Positions 36,860-46,054 of a stretch of 64,000 nucleotides of DNA are shown here, piece by piece. The DNA is from a virus (Duplodnaviria > Caudoviricetes). Within the stretch, counting starts at the first letter, position 1; each line of letters opens with the position of its first letter. The position numbers were made by a program, and so were the translations under genes. The stretch lies in the IMG/VR virus record IMGVR_UViG_3300025367_000001, positions 3,152-67,151 of that record, one strand, 5' to 3'. The notes beneath the pieces were generated by a model. It was not told the DNA's origin, did no database searches, and was given only the letters and a program-made list of their open reading frames with translations.

Positions 36860-38422
36860 TTAAATTTTGCCTATCTCCTCCTTATACAGATTGAGCAGAA
36901 TGTCATGTCCTTCAACACGCTTTTCTAACTGCGCAAACATCCGCTTTTCTATATCACTACCTTGTAAGTGTATCACAGTAACATTCGTACTTGTCTGTCC
37001 AATACGATCTGCTCGGGCAATACACTGTAGATAGGTTTCTACAGACATAACGGGGCCATAAAATACTACTGTATCCGCGGCTGTAAGCGTTACCCCATGA
37101 GAGGCTGACTGGGGTTGAACTACCAGTATACGCGGATTAGGTTCTGTTTGGAACCGTTTAAATATATCGGTACGCTTATTAACCGATACGTCACCATGAA
37201 TCACCTCTGCCGCCACGTTATGCTTAAGAAGGTACTCGTGGATGGTCTCAATGCTGTGCCTAAAGGGTGCAAATACAATCACCTTTCTGTTGGTTTCTTC
37301 CAACACTTCTAGCAAAACATTCAAGCGAGGAGCACAGTCAAATTCCACGACCTCATGGTTGTCGGTGTACGCCGCACCAGCAGAAATCTGTAGTAGCTTG
37401 GATACACCAGCCGCGGCGTTAACTGCCGTGATAGTCTCGCCCGAAGCCTGCATAACCATGCGCTCTTTGAGGAGTTTATAGTACTTGACTTGCTGTGGGG
37501 TTAGGGGTATCTCTCGTGTCTCAGTTAGTACTGGTGGTAGGTCTGTACACTCTTCTTTGGTAAACCTAATGGCAGGTTGCAATGCAGCAAATACCGCCTC
37601 AGCTGCCCCGCTCTTAGGAACCCATTTGAATTGGGTAAGCTTTTTCATAACCTTATCGCGCCATGCAGTAGCAAACTTCGGTACACCAGTCGGGTTAACT
37701 AACTTAGCTAAACCATACGCATCCACAGGCGATTGCGCAGAAGGAGTTCCTGTCATCATCCACAACATTGAATCAGGGTGCAGAATTTTATTAAGGGACT
37801 TCCATCGTTTAGTTGATGCGTTCTTGTATGCGTTGGCTTCATCTACTATGACTAAATCAAACCGCCCATCGCGTGCAACTTCCTCGGCAATTAAGTTAAG
37901 CCCGTCGTAGTTAACGATAACGAACTCGTAGTCGCCTTGAACCATCTCGATACGCCGACTAGCCTGAGCATGGTGCGCCGCAATTGCAGACCTATGTATT
38001 ATGCTGTTAGATATACCGCTTATCCAAGCATCGTGCATGATTGATAAAGGGCACAAGATTAAGCAACGTCTGACTTTCTTTAACCGCATCAAGTAATCCG
38101 CCGCCCATAAAGCACTAAGCGTCTTACCAGTTCCCGGGTCATTAAATACAAACGCTCTTGGGTTAAGTGTTAAGAAGGAGGATGTTTCAACCTGATGCGC
38201 AAAGGGTCTATGCCTGCCTGGCCAATCATACCTAGCCGTTATGGGCGAGACTAAATCTTTAACACCTAAGTTTCTTAATACCCTTACTTCCTCTAGACCC
38301 CAAAATACTGCCATCTCATATACACCACCATTCTCACCGACTATCTTACTGCGCGGAATAATACTGTACTTATCGGGGTCACGCGTCCTAAATACTAGAG
38401 CTTTGTTCTCTACTATTTCCAT
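36860..38422 (-). CDS. SNF2-family helicase
   Basis: DPGTGKT, VDEAN, TGTP, QCIARADRIGQ. Confidence 0.9.
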   Translation of the reverse strand: MEIVENKALVFRTRDPDKYSIIPRSKIVGENGGVYEMAVFWGLEEVRVLRNLGVKDLVSPITARYDWPGRHRPFAHQVETSSFLTLNPRAFVFNDPGTGKTLSALWAADYLMRLKKVRRCLILCPLSIMHDAWISGISNSIIHRSAIAAHHAQASRRIEMVQGDYEFVIVNYDGLNLIAEEVARDGRFDLVIVDEANAYKNASTKRWKSLNKILHPDSMLWMMTGTPSAQSPVDAYGLAKLVNPTGVPKFATAWRDKVMKKLTQFKWVPKSGAAEAVFAALQPAIRFTKEECTDLPPVLTETREIPLTPQQVKYYKLLKERMVMQASGETITAVNAAAGVSKLLQISAGAAYTDNHEVVEFDCAPRLNVLLEVLEETNRKVIVFAPFRHSIETIHEYLLKHNVAAEVIHGDVSVNKRTDIFKRFQTEPNPRILVVQPQSASHGVTLTAADTVVFYGPVMSVETYLQCIARADRIGQTSTNVTVIHLQGSDIEKRMFAQLEKRVEGHDILLNLYKEEIGKI

Positions 38423-38567
38423 CTTCGTTTCTCTCTTCTTTTTGTTTTATGTAATCGTTCAAAGTCTTTGGTTGTTTTTTTCCAAAGATTGCTTCAAAGT
38501 TTTTATCAAACTGTTCTAGTTCTACACCTAATGGGCGAGGTGTATCGCCTTTACCACCATCTCTCAT
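38388..38567 (-). CDS. 59-aa hypothetical protein
   Basis: Own translation MRDGGKGDTPRPLGV...FDKNFEAIFGKK; TAATG coupling. Confidence 0.55.
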   Translation of the reverse strand: MRDGGKGDTPRPLGVELEQFDKNFEAIFGKKQPKTLNDYIKQKEERNEDGNSREQSSSI

Positions 38568-38809
38568 TATTTTTCCTTTGCTAATATCTGAGCTGCTCTA
38601 TGAATTTTTCCATCAAACCAACGACGAACAACATAACTGCGAACAACAGAAATGACTGTGTAAAGTAATCCCATGTAAAAGTTGTTAGTAAGAGTAATAT
38701 GGAACCCAAAAAGAGGAAGGATAAAAAGGTTAGCAGTAAAATTAATGCCAAACCCAATAGCCACGTTAATGCACGCTTCATAAAAACTCCCTAGTTTAGT
38801 CTGTCTCAT
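38567..38809 (-). CDS. Small two-TM membrane protein
   Basis: QTKLGSFYEA..NVAIG...RSYVVRRWF. Confidence 0.6.
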   Translation of the reverse strand: MRQTKLGSFYEACINVAIGFGINFTANLFILPLFGFHITLTNNFYMGLLYTVISVVRSYVVRRWFDGKIHRAAQILAKEK

Positions 38810-38997
38810 TTCTCTTGTGCCTTTCCTTCACGTGCTACCTCTAAGTAATCTTCTATTGTGTAATCACTCATGCACTTCCAATAATATTCAAGACCTTCTC
38901 TTATTGAGCGATGCTCTCCTGTTACATATTGCATGTAGTAATCAACAATCTCTTTCATATCTTTTTCTTGTTGTTTCGTAAACTTTCTGTGCTTCAT
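38806..38997 (-). CDS. Mini-ORF ending KAQEK
   Basis: Bounded on both sides by the 20-bp junction repeat. Confidence 0.6.
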   Translation of the reverse strand: MKHRKFTKQQEKDMKEIVDYYMQYVTGEHRSIREGLEYYWKCMSDYTIEDYLEVAREGKAQEK

Positions 38998-39308
38998 TTA
39001 TCTTGTGCCTTTCTTAGTATTGCTCTAGCAAACTCATAAACTCCGCTTTCTTTGTAACCATAAATCTGATAACCAAGAATATCGTCAGCCAGTTTTGCTA
39101 TTTCATCATCTGTTAGTGTCTTTGCTGGATAACTAACATACTCACCAGCCATATGACTAGCGGTTCTGTCAAAGGATTCATCTGCTGGATGGGTGTAGAG
39201 TGGAATCCATGTGCCTTCAAGATGCTCAATCACTTGTAAGTTAATTAACTTTGGCTTTCGGTCTTCCAAGCCCAACAACATCCACGCTACTGGTTCATTT
39301 GCGTTCAT
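38994..39308 (-). CDS. Modular mini-protein (EPVAW / LYTHP / KTLTDDEI / RKAQDK boxes)
   Basis: Shares three nucleotide boxes with 45660..45878. Confidence 0.65.
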   Translation of the reverse strand: MNANEPVAWMLLGLEDRKPKLINLQVIEHLEGTWIPLYTHPADESFDRTASHMAGEYVSYPAKTLTDDEIAKLADDILGYQIYGYKESGVYEFARAILRKAQDK

Positions 39309-39703
39309 GGCATTAACTCTTTAGGTGGACGATCATCGCCTTCTCGGTAAGTCTTGCTATACAGCGTTAGCATCCGTAGATTACACATCGCATGAGCTAG
39401 ATGTGGTTGTCCTGATTCGGGGTCTAGTTCTTCACCTCGTTGCCAAGCAGCTAAGTGTCTCATTGCACAAGCATAGGGAACAGACCAAGGCATTCCTTTA
39501 GCCCAATTCCAAGCAGCATATTTCTCTTTACCATACATCCAAACTCTAGCCTCATCTTCCAATGTAGCTAGTGGGATCAAACTAAGATCGGCTTTACCGC
39601 CGTTGAACCTAGCGCCTGATCCTTTTGCTGTACTGTTTACATCTCCTATACCTTTAGTTACTGTATCGTCACTGTGGTATACGTATTCTTCGTTTGGCAT
39701 CAT
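39305..39703 (-). CDS. DUF5664-like dATP/dGTP diphosphohydrolase domain protein
   Basis: GK..LSLIP, YGKEKY..WNW.KG, RHL..W, DPESG.PHLAHA. Confidence 0.75.
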   Translation of the reverse strand: MMPNEEYVYHSDDTVTKGIGDVNSTAKGSGARFNGGKADLSLIPLATLEDEARVWMYGKEKYAAWNWAKGMPWSVPYACAMRHLAAWQRGEELDPESGQPHLAHAMCNLRMLTLYSKTYREGDDRPPKELMP

Positions 39704-39709
39704 TCCTCC

Positions 39710-39967
39710 TTATTTGATTGAGCCATCTGCCTTCCTTGGGAAACTTCTATTAGCACTAGCGCTCTTAGCGCTAAGATTACTTCGTACCGTCTTACCGCCT
39801 TTGCTTAGGGGCTCGGTGTGATCTACATCCTTGCCATCGCCTTTATGCACTACGCCTTCCCTCTCAAGCATACGTCTAGCTTTATTGCGTTGGGCGCGTT
39901 TCTTCTTAACGGCTTCTGTGCCGTCGTAGTTTAGGTACTCTTGTCGAAAATTACGCTTAGCTACCAT
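39710..39967 (-). CDS. Small HNH endonuclease
   Basis: GDGKDVDH..PLSKGG...NL......NR. Confidence 0.7.
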   Translation of the reverse strand: MVAKRNFRQEYLNYDGTEAVKKKRAQRNKARRMLEREGVVHKGDGKDVDHTEPLSKGGKTVRSNLSAKSASANRSFPRKADGSIK

Positions 39968-40466
39968 TTTTAAGTCCTTTCTTATTGTGCTCGGCTACTG
40001 CCTCACACCAATCAATAAATTCCTCTACAGAGGTATCGTTTCTAAAGCTGTTTACTGCCCTACAAACCATTTGAATATTATCGGGCGTATACCCTTCGCC
40101 TGCAACAATACGATCTATGGACGCATTTGTTTTTGTTATTACGCCTTTTTCTAAAGAGCAGGTCAAGTCTCGCCCCGTTAGAGCACACTTGTAGTTTTGC
40201 TTTTCAAGTCTGTCTAGAATAATCTGCTTAGTTAGTTTGTCTCTTTTTCTACCGCCATAATACAAAAGGCGTGCGGCATACCTTGACCAATCACCGCTTA
40301 TATATGCGTATTGATTCTCAGTAGACTGTATACCTGTAATGTATTTCCATTTGCCTTTACATTGTGGAGAACAAAATTTATGTACGCCCGAACGTGGAGT
40401 AAACAAAGTACCACAAACAGCGCATGCTTTTTGTTTAAATGTTTGTGGTGTGTCCCAGCGTGGCAT
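39957..40466 (-). CDS. Zn-finger + HNH-like (homing) endonuclease
   Basis: CAVC...FCSPQC; CALTG...SIDRI...GY...NIQMVC..VN. Confidence 0.7.
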   Translation of the reverse strand: MPRWDTPQTFKQKACAVCGTLFTPRSGVHKFCSPQCKGKWKYITGIQSTENQYAYISGDWSRYAARLLYYGGRKRDKLTKQIILDRLEKQNYKCALTGRDLTCSLEKGVITKTNASIDRIVAGEGYTPDNIQMVCRAVNSFRNDTSVEEFIDWCEAVAEHNKKGLKNGS

Positions 40467-40477
40467 TTTGTTCTCTC

Positions 40478-41146
40478 TTAATAACGTTTGCGGTGAAACT
40501 CACAGCTTTTTACAGGACACCACCCACATAGCGGGGTGCTATTTGGATTCCATATGTCATTGTCGTGGCTAGAGGCGAGCTTGGCAACCCGTTCTCTATA
40601 CTTATTCCAATGGTAAGGGGCGTCTTCTAACAGCATTTTATGCTTAACCGCGCTACCTTTAACTACAAATAGCAGGGCTGAGTTAACTTGCCGTATGTGG
40701 GGGAAGTGAGCGAACACCATCAAAGACATTAGGATTAGCTGATCTCGGTCAGGATACTTGTCATTGCCTGTCTTATAGTCAATAACCCAAGCTTTTAAGC
40801 CATCGTCATCAATAATAAGTAAATCAGCAATACCGCGTACCCAAACGTCGTCATCTTTAAAACCGCATGGGGAGAGGTCAACCCTCAACCCCATCTCATA
40901 CTCAGCTAACTTGCGTCCTTCTTTTTTAAGTAGGCTATCCAGTACTGGCTTCATGTAGTCATACTCAGGGGGCAGGGGTGTGCCATCCTTAACGTAAACT
41001 TCTGCCGCTTCATGCACTTGCTTACCGTAGATAGTGTGGACAGTATCAGTGAAGGGGTAGTTTTTAAGTACCTTGACTTCATGAAACCGCCTAGCACAAC
41101 CTTCGTAATCTTTAAGCCCTGAATGGCTCCACTTAATTGTAGTCAT
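40478..41146 (-). CDS. PD-(D/E)XK / Cas4-like exonuclease
   Basis: WSHS...C, G...H, RGIAD, DYKTG, QL, C-terminal CGWC...C. Confidence 0.8.
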   Translation of the reverse strand: MTTIKWSHSGLKDYEGCARRFHEVKVLKNYPFTDTVHTIYGKQVHEAAEVYVKDGTPLPPEYDYMKPVLDSLLKKEGRKLAEYEMGLRVDLSPCGFKDDDVWVRGIADLLIIDDDGLKAWVIDYKTGNDKYPDRDQLILMSLMVFAHFPHIRQVNSALLFVVKGSAVKHKMLLEDAPYHWNKYRERVAKLASSHDNDIWNPNSTPLCGWCPVKSCEFHRKRY

Positions 41147-41442
41147 TAGAATTTCGCTGTTCGTATGGCTTGTTCAAGGCGGTCGGCAAACCCACTAACA
41201 AATGTTTCCTTGGCGTTTAGCTTGGACTCACCCATATCATACAAAATAGCATGAACAATCTCATGCCACAAAGTATTATGTTGCCGCGATGCCGCCTGCT
41301 TAGCAATGGATATAGTGTGGTTACTGTAGTTATATGCACCTCGGCACTCATCCCTACCGACAAACACACTATCGTATAGCTCTACTTTGATTTTGGTTTT
41401 GCCTATTGTTATTACCTTTGGTACTGCAAATCGTTTGGTCAC
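41146..41442 (-). CDS. Small HExxH metallopeptidase-like protein
   Basis: TLWHEIVHA...E. Confidence 0.6.
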   Translation of the reverse strand: MTKRFAVPKVITIGKTKIKVELYDSVFVGRDECRGAYNYSNHTISIAKQAASRQHNTLWHEIVHAILYDMGESKLNAKETFVSGFADRLEQAIRTAKF

Positions 41443-43427
41443 TTCGCTTCTCCATATCGTTTGGCACAGCCGGTCTCAGCGTCAAGAGGGATTCCTGACA
41501 TGTACTTAGGATCTGCTACCATCTGCGCGTGTACCCAAGTTTCAGCTTCTACGGCTTCTGTCTCGGGAACTAGTACTACAACTTCATCATGCACAGTTAG
41601 TACACACGGATACCTCTTTTGTATCCGTAGCATCCCATCCGTCATGACACATCGTGCTACTGCTTGCACAATATTTTCTACTATTTTACCACCATACAGC
41701 TTCTTAGGCTTGTTCTTATCATCCCCACCATACTGCCATTGGATTCTGCCCTTGTTGTCAGCTACTCCTTCAAGGTTTGGGTATCTTAAAGACAGCCCAC
41801 TAGGTAGCTCAATGCTCTCCTTGGCAAACTTAATGCACTTGTAAGGATGTTCTTTACCCCTAGATAAGCAAGTCAAAATAGCATCGCTACATAGTTGCCA
41901 AAAAGCAACAACTGGTTGGGCTTTACTTCTATAGATGTCGATGATCTTCTTGGCAGATACGCAATGAATCAATAGCTCGTCCTCCGTACAAGTATGAGGT
42001 ATAGCCCGCATTTTTTCTAAGTTCTTATCCCACCCAATAAAGTCTTGCATGTCTTGGCCAGTAACACCGAGTTGTTTAGCAAACGCTTTATCGTACATCG
42101 TAGGGGGTGCACCTAGAAAGCCCGTCAATAATTGAGCCGCAAAGCTAGCCCAACCCATGCCATAGCCACATCCTAAGAGAGCTGACTTCGCCGACTGCCT
42201 GAGATCCGCATGGTCTTTTTTATTGAGACCGGCAATACCGAACATCTGTGCTCCGAACGCCGCATATGCGTCTTGCCCTGACGCAAAGATTTCAAGAAGA
42301 TTTTGATAGTCGGCGAGGTACGCAAGTACACGCGGTTCAATCTGCGATAGGTCGCAAACAACGAGAGTGTAACCTCTCGGCGCTTGAATACTTTTGCGTA
42401 AAAAAGACCCCCGCTTGAGGTTCTGCAGATTAAGCCCCGAACCCTTGCTCGCTGACCAACGACCGGTGTGGGCGCCGTAATAATTGAGCGGGACAGGTAG
42501 CGTACCTCGTTCTGATATATCCACGAACCTTTGCGCTCGCGTTCTTTCGAGTGTCGACTTAACTTTAAGCCTTGCCTCACATATAAGTGATACGTCTTCG
42601 TTGTTTGAATTAAGCAGTGCTTGGAAGAGGGCATCCGTTTTAGCGAAAGCGAAAGCTTCTTTACCAGTCGTCTTGCTAATTTTTGTTGGGGGGGATACCC
42701 CAAGTGCCCTAAGGACTTCAGCAAACTGATCGTTACTAGCCAACGCCGTTTCATCAACGTTAACTTTTTTAAGGATCGCTTCGCGCTTGGTACGCTCATC
42801 AATAATGGCTTCATTCAACATCTCCTTATCAAGTTCAAGGACGGGGTCAATAAACATTTTTAGTGTGAGGTCGATAAGCTTTAGCTCACCTTTTGGATAG
42901 CCGCCCGTGATTTCCTCGTTTAAGTTATTAAATATTGCTTCGCACAAGAACACATCATGAAGACAATAAGTCGCTAACTCTTCCTCTATGTTTAGTGGTA
43001 GTTCTTCCAAGCCGTCGGTAGAGTAGACTGCTTGCCCTTTTGGTGGGAGCTCGTAGTATTCTGCGAGTTTGGCGAGGCTGTTTCCGACCTCAACGCCCCT
43101 AAGAGCACGAGCCATAGATAGAGAATCAAAAATAAAAGTAGGATGCGCGCCGTAAACCCATGACAAAATTGCCACATCAAACTGGGCATTGTGCGCAAGC
43201 ACCGCCGTCCGACTCCAATCAACTGACTCGACCCATTGAGGGATATTCTCATGCGTAACCCAATGCGACTTGTCATCGCCATACTCTTTCCAACCAATTC
43301 CAAATGCTTTAAATTTATCATCACGAATATACTCCTCCGTTGTCATCTTAGATAGGGTGTAGTCTGACCTATCCCATCTTGTCTCAAAGTCCACGACCAG
43401 TAGTCGGTCAAATGGTTTGTTTGCCAT
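41439..43427 (-). CDS. polA: Family A DNA polymerase with 3'-5' exonuclease
   Basis: DFET, HNAQFD, YCLHD; motif A DLSQIEPR, motif B RQSAKSALLGCGYG, motif C TVHDE. Confidence 0.92.
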   Translation of the reverse strand: MANKPFDRLLVVDFETRWDRSDYTLSKMTTEEYIRDDKFKAFGIGWKEYGDDKSHWVTHENIPQWVESVDWSRTAVLAHNAQFDVAILSWVYGAHPTFIFDSLSMARALRGVEVGNSLAKLAEYYELPPKGQAVYSTDGLEELPLNIEEELATYCLHDVFLCEAIFNNLNEEITGGYPKGELKLIDLTLKMFIDPVLELDKEMLNEAIIDERTKREAILKKVNVDETALASNDQFAEVLRALGVSPPTKISKTTGKEAFAFAKTDALFQALLNSNNEDVSLICEARLKVKSTLERTRAQRFVDISERGTLPVPLNYYGAHTGRWSASKGSGLNLQNLKRGSFLRKSIQAPRGYTLVVCDLSQIEPRVLAYLADYQNLLEIFASGQDAYAAFGAQMFGIAGLNKKDHADLRQSAKSALLGCGYGMGWASFAAQLLTGFLGAPPTMYDKAFAKQLGVTGQDMQDFIGWDKNLEKMRAIPHTCTEDELLIHCVSAKKIIDIYRSKAQPVVAFWQLCSDAILTCLSRGKEHPYKCIKFAKESIELPSGLSLRYPNLEGVADNKGRIQWQYGGDDKNKPKKLYGGKIVENIVQAVARCVMTDGMLRIQKRYPCVLTVHDEVVVLVPETEAVEAETWVHAQMVADPKYMSGIPLDAETGCAKRYGEAK

Positions 43428-43435
43428 TGGGTTCC

Positions 43436-43639
43436 TTAGTTAAATATAAATACACCAAATAGGGTGGCTACAAGCACACCCACATATACTACTGAAACCG
43501 TTTTGCGTCTTTTAAGTTCTTTAATGTTTCCTATAAGGGCTGTTTGTAGAATCTCCATATCCCCATCAATCGGTGGTCTTCGATCAGGGCGGTAGTTAAT
43601 ACCCATTTTTATCTTGCCGTTATCGTAAGGAACATTCAT
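43436..43639 (-). CDS. Small protein with C-terminal TM
   Basis: Hydrophobic C-terminus; ATGA coupling. Confidence 0.5.
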   Translation of the reverse strand: MNVPYDNGKIKMGINYRPDRRPPIDGDMEILQTALIGNIKELKRRKTVSVVYVGVLVATLFGVFIFN

Positions 43640-43809
43640 ACACGCCCTCCAGTAACCAGACTTGGGGCACTTCTAAACGTTTTTAAATCGCGTTCCCGTG
43701 GGTGGATTGTTGGTTTGTAGATGACCGTAGTATTTACAGTTCTTGGTTGTGCCCATTTGATTGGGTCAGATTTATCTTCTTCGATTACTCTTTTTGGTTT
43801 ACTACTCAT
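43636..43809 (-). CDS. 57-aa hypothetical protein
   Basis: Own translation MSSKPKRVIEEDKSDPIKWAQPR...; AAGGA SD. Confidence 0.45.
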   Translation of the reverse strand: MSSKPKRVIEEDKSDPIKWAQPRTVNTTVIYKPTIHPRERDLKTFRSAPSLVTGGRV

Positions 43810-43818
43810 TTGTTTTCC

Positions 43819-44046
43819 TTAGTTTAATGTTCGGTTGTCCATGTGTTGCTTTACATAGAACCCAGTTGTTTCAGCCGCATCGTGCAGTAGCTCAGGAACT
43901 TCCCATTCTTCGATGTTAATTCCATAAATCTTAACTACCTGAGAATCGTAGTCGTAGCCTACAACAATGGCGCAGGAATTCTTTTCCTCGTCTACGCAGT
44001 CATTCAGTATATCTTGTACTGCTTTGTAGGTTTCATTAGATTCCAT
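43819..44046 (-). CDS. Hypothetical protein
   Basis: AAAGGA SD; tight packing. Confidence 0.55.
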   Translation of the reverse strand: MESNETYKAVQDILNDCVDEEKNSCAIVVGYDYDSQVVKIYGINIEEWEVPELLHDAAETTGFYVKQHMDNRTLN

Positions 44047-44344
44047 GTCGATCCTTTAGTTCTTGCAAAGTGTCAGTAACATCATAAATGTTGTCTTCGT
44101 TTACGACCATTGTTACTCCGCCAGCCTTTCGTATTAACGCCATTTGCGCTTCTTGGAGAGGAGTAGGTTTGTTATTGCCCGCCTTACACTCGATGCCAAT
44201 AAACAAACCAAGGTAACAAGCCACAATATCAGGTACACCACTACGCCCAAAACCCCCAGTAACAGGGTAGAAATAATATGCCCCATAAGAGTTAAGTACA
44301 TTGACCACTTTCTTCTTTACCTTGGCTTCGGGTGTCATGCTCAT
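44036..44344 (-). CDS. VRR-NUC nuclease
   Basis: PEAKVK, GVPD, IECK, PTPLQ. Confidence 0.85.
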   Translation of the reverse strand: MSMTPEAKVKKKVVNVLNSYGAYYFYPVTGGFGRSGVPDIVACYLGLFIGIECKAGNNKPTPLQEAQMALIRKAGGVTMVVNEDNIYDVTDTLQELKDRHGI

Positions 44345-44538
44345 TGTAGTTCCGCATTGCGTCTCCTAACTTCGTCGATCCGTTGTAAACAAGTTACTAT
44401 CTGAAAGCGTTGTTTATCTAGCATCTGAAAATCGCCGACAGCTTCCGCCTTAAGTGCAAGAATAACCTCAGCCTCTAAATTACATAACGCCGCATTTTCC
44501 CTGACTATCTTTAGTACTTCCAACTCACTTAACTGCAT
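44341..44538 (-). CDS. Hypothetical protein
   Basis: Coupled ORF, AAGGAG SD. Confidence 0.5.
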   Translation of the reverse strand: MQLSELEVLKIVRENAALCNLEAEVILALKAEAVGDFQMLDKQRFQIVTCLQRIDEVRRRNAELQ

Positions 44539-44818
44539 TGCGTAGCTCCTTCATAAATTCCCTTCCTTTATCAGTTAGCGCATGATACACGCTTCTTTTG
44601 TCGTCAGATTCGTTGTACTTGTGCATAAGCTTTTTAGCTATGGCGGAATTGACGTGGTATTGGGCAGTGGTAGATACCATCGCCCCTTGCTTATTAACTA
44701 AAGCTAGAAGCCGAGTAGTTGTTATAGGCTCAGTCTTTTCCACCAAACCAATAACATACTCCTCGCCCCAAGACACGCCAACCTTATCTCTAATGTGCTG
44801 GGTGGCAAATATAGTCAT
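44525..44818 (-). CDS. MarR-like winged-HTH protein
   Basis: DKRSVYHALTDKG wing motif. Confidence 0.65.
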   Translation of the reverse strand: MTIFATQHIRDKVGVSWGEEYVIGLVEKTEPITTTRLLALVNKQGAMVSTTAQYHVNSAIAKKLMHKYNESDDKRSVYHALTDKGREFMKELRNAVK

Positions 44819-45396
44819 TACTTAATCTGCTTTCCAAACACTTGGTTAAGCTCAGCCCATAGCTCGCGTGCTTGGTAGATGTTAAGGCTATTTACTAAGT
44901 CCTTCACACTAGTATGAACAGGCAAAACCGCAGGCTTGGTAAACTTCTCAACATTCTCAGCGTCCATCGTTGCTTGCTTCATACGCTTAGTCGCTTCCCC
45001 TACGCTAACATACTTCTTGCTTACTACCTTAACTAACTTTTTCTTCTTACTATACAGCCCCTTGACCTGCGTTGTGTATGTAGAAGCTACCGCCCAGTAT
45101 ACGAATACCATGCGTCTGCCGACCCCTTTGTAGTTCTTGTTTAGAATTGGGGCACGACCAATTAGCTGGCGGTCGTATAGGGTTTTAAGTGATGAGGCTA
45201 GCCCTGCAACATCGTCTTTATTGATATTAAATGCGATGCGTAAAGAATCTAGACTGCATTGGGGGTTGGTTTTGATGTGCTCGTATACAGATTCACAAAA
45301 AGATTTTTTCTCTGTTACTGGCGTAGATGTAACTTCTTCTACTGGTAGGTTCCAACTGTTGATGATTTTTTGTACTTCAGTTTGAATATCTGGCAT
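44818..45396 (-). CDS. Hypothetical, possible winged-HTH protein
   Basis: LASSLKTLYDRQLI; C-terminal LNIYQARELW. Confidence 0.5.
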   Translation of the reverse strand: MPDIQTEVQKIINSWNLPVEEVTSTPVTEKKSFCESVYEHIKTNPQCSLDSLRIAFNINKDDVAGLASSLKTLYDRQLIGRAPILNKNYKGVGRRMVFVYWAVASTYTTQVKGLYSKKKKLVKVVSKKYVSVGEATKRMKQATMDAENVEKFTKPAVLPVHTSVKDLVNSLNIYQARELWAELNQVFGKQIK

Positions 45397-45459
45397 AACT
45401 TTTCCTTTGTTTGTAATACTTCGGTAATTTTACTACAAATTTTAACTGTTGTTTTTTAA

Positions 45460-45663
45460 CTACTTTTTCTCAATTAACTTAAACAGTTTCTCAACCATCT
45501 CTTCAGCGTCTAGTGCTATATTGATAAGGGCTAACAACTTCTCGTTAAATGCAGGTTCTAGGTTAGCGGCGTTATCCACTGCTCCTATGTTTGTGAGTTC
45601 CGCTATTTCATTGTGTAGCGTTCTTATGTCCGAGCCTAGCTCGTTGATTCTTTGTTTATTCAT
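45460..45663 (-). CDS. Mini-ORF (MNKQRINELG...)
   Basis: Start codon supplied by the junction repeat at 45660. Confidence 0.55.
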   Translation of the reverse strand: MNKQRINELGSDIRTLHNEIAELTNIGAVDNAANLEPAFNEKLLALINIALDAEEMVEKLFKLIEKK

Positions 45664-45878
45664 TTCTCTTGTGCCTTTCTTATAATTTCTCTGCAAAATT
45701 TGTAATCAAGCTCTGTTAAACAGTCATATCCCTTAAAGTCATAGACTTCACACCATAAACCCTTTATTTCATCATCTGTTAGTGTCTTTAACTGTGGTGA
45801 GCAAGTATGAATAGAATCCCCTGTAACCCTTTTGCCACAATCTAAACACGCAGTCCACGCTACTGGTTCATTGTTCAT
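45660..45878 (-). CDS. Modular mini-protein (EPVAW / CxxC filler / KTLTDDEI / RKAQEK)
   Basis: Bounded by two junction repeats. Confidence 0.65.
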   Translation of the reverse strand: MNNEPVAWTACLDCGKRVTGDSIHTCSPQLKTLTDDEIKGLWCEVYDFKGYDCLTELDYKFCREIIRKAQEK

Positions 45879-46054
45879 TTCTCTTGTGCCTTTCTATGTG
45901 TTTCTTTAACAGCGTCCATAAATCCTTCAGCAACCTCTGGATACATCTCACGCAAACGGACAATAATTTCTTTTAACGTATCTTCAAAATTTTCATTTTC
46001 AAATGCTGGACGCAATACGTTATCTACTAACTCTTTTCTTGTTACTTTTGTCAT
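45875..46054 (-). CDS. Mini-ORF (MTKVTRKEL...RKAQEK)
   Basis: Bounded by two junction repeats. Confidence 0.6.
   Translation of the reverse strand: MTKVTRKELVDNVLRPAFENENFEDTLKEIIVRLREMYPEVAEGFMDAVKETHRKAQEK

Noticed and set aside
40478-41146. Cas4 as evidence for a CRISPR-Cas system
   Set aside because: Stand-alone PD-(D/E)XK exonuclease in a replication module; no other cas genes or array.
42173-43324. Alternative-frame ORFs (213 aa, 110 aa) inside polA and the many antisense ORFs over long genes
   Set aside because: No SD, motifs or coupling; expected shadows of codon bias.
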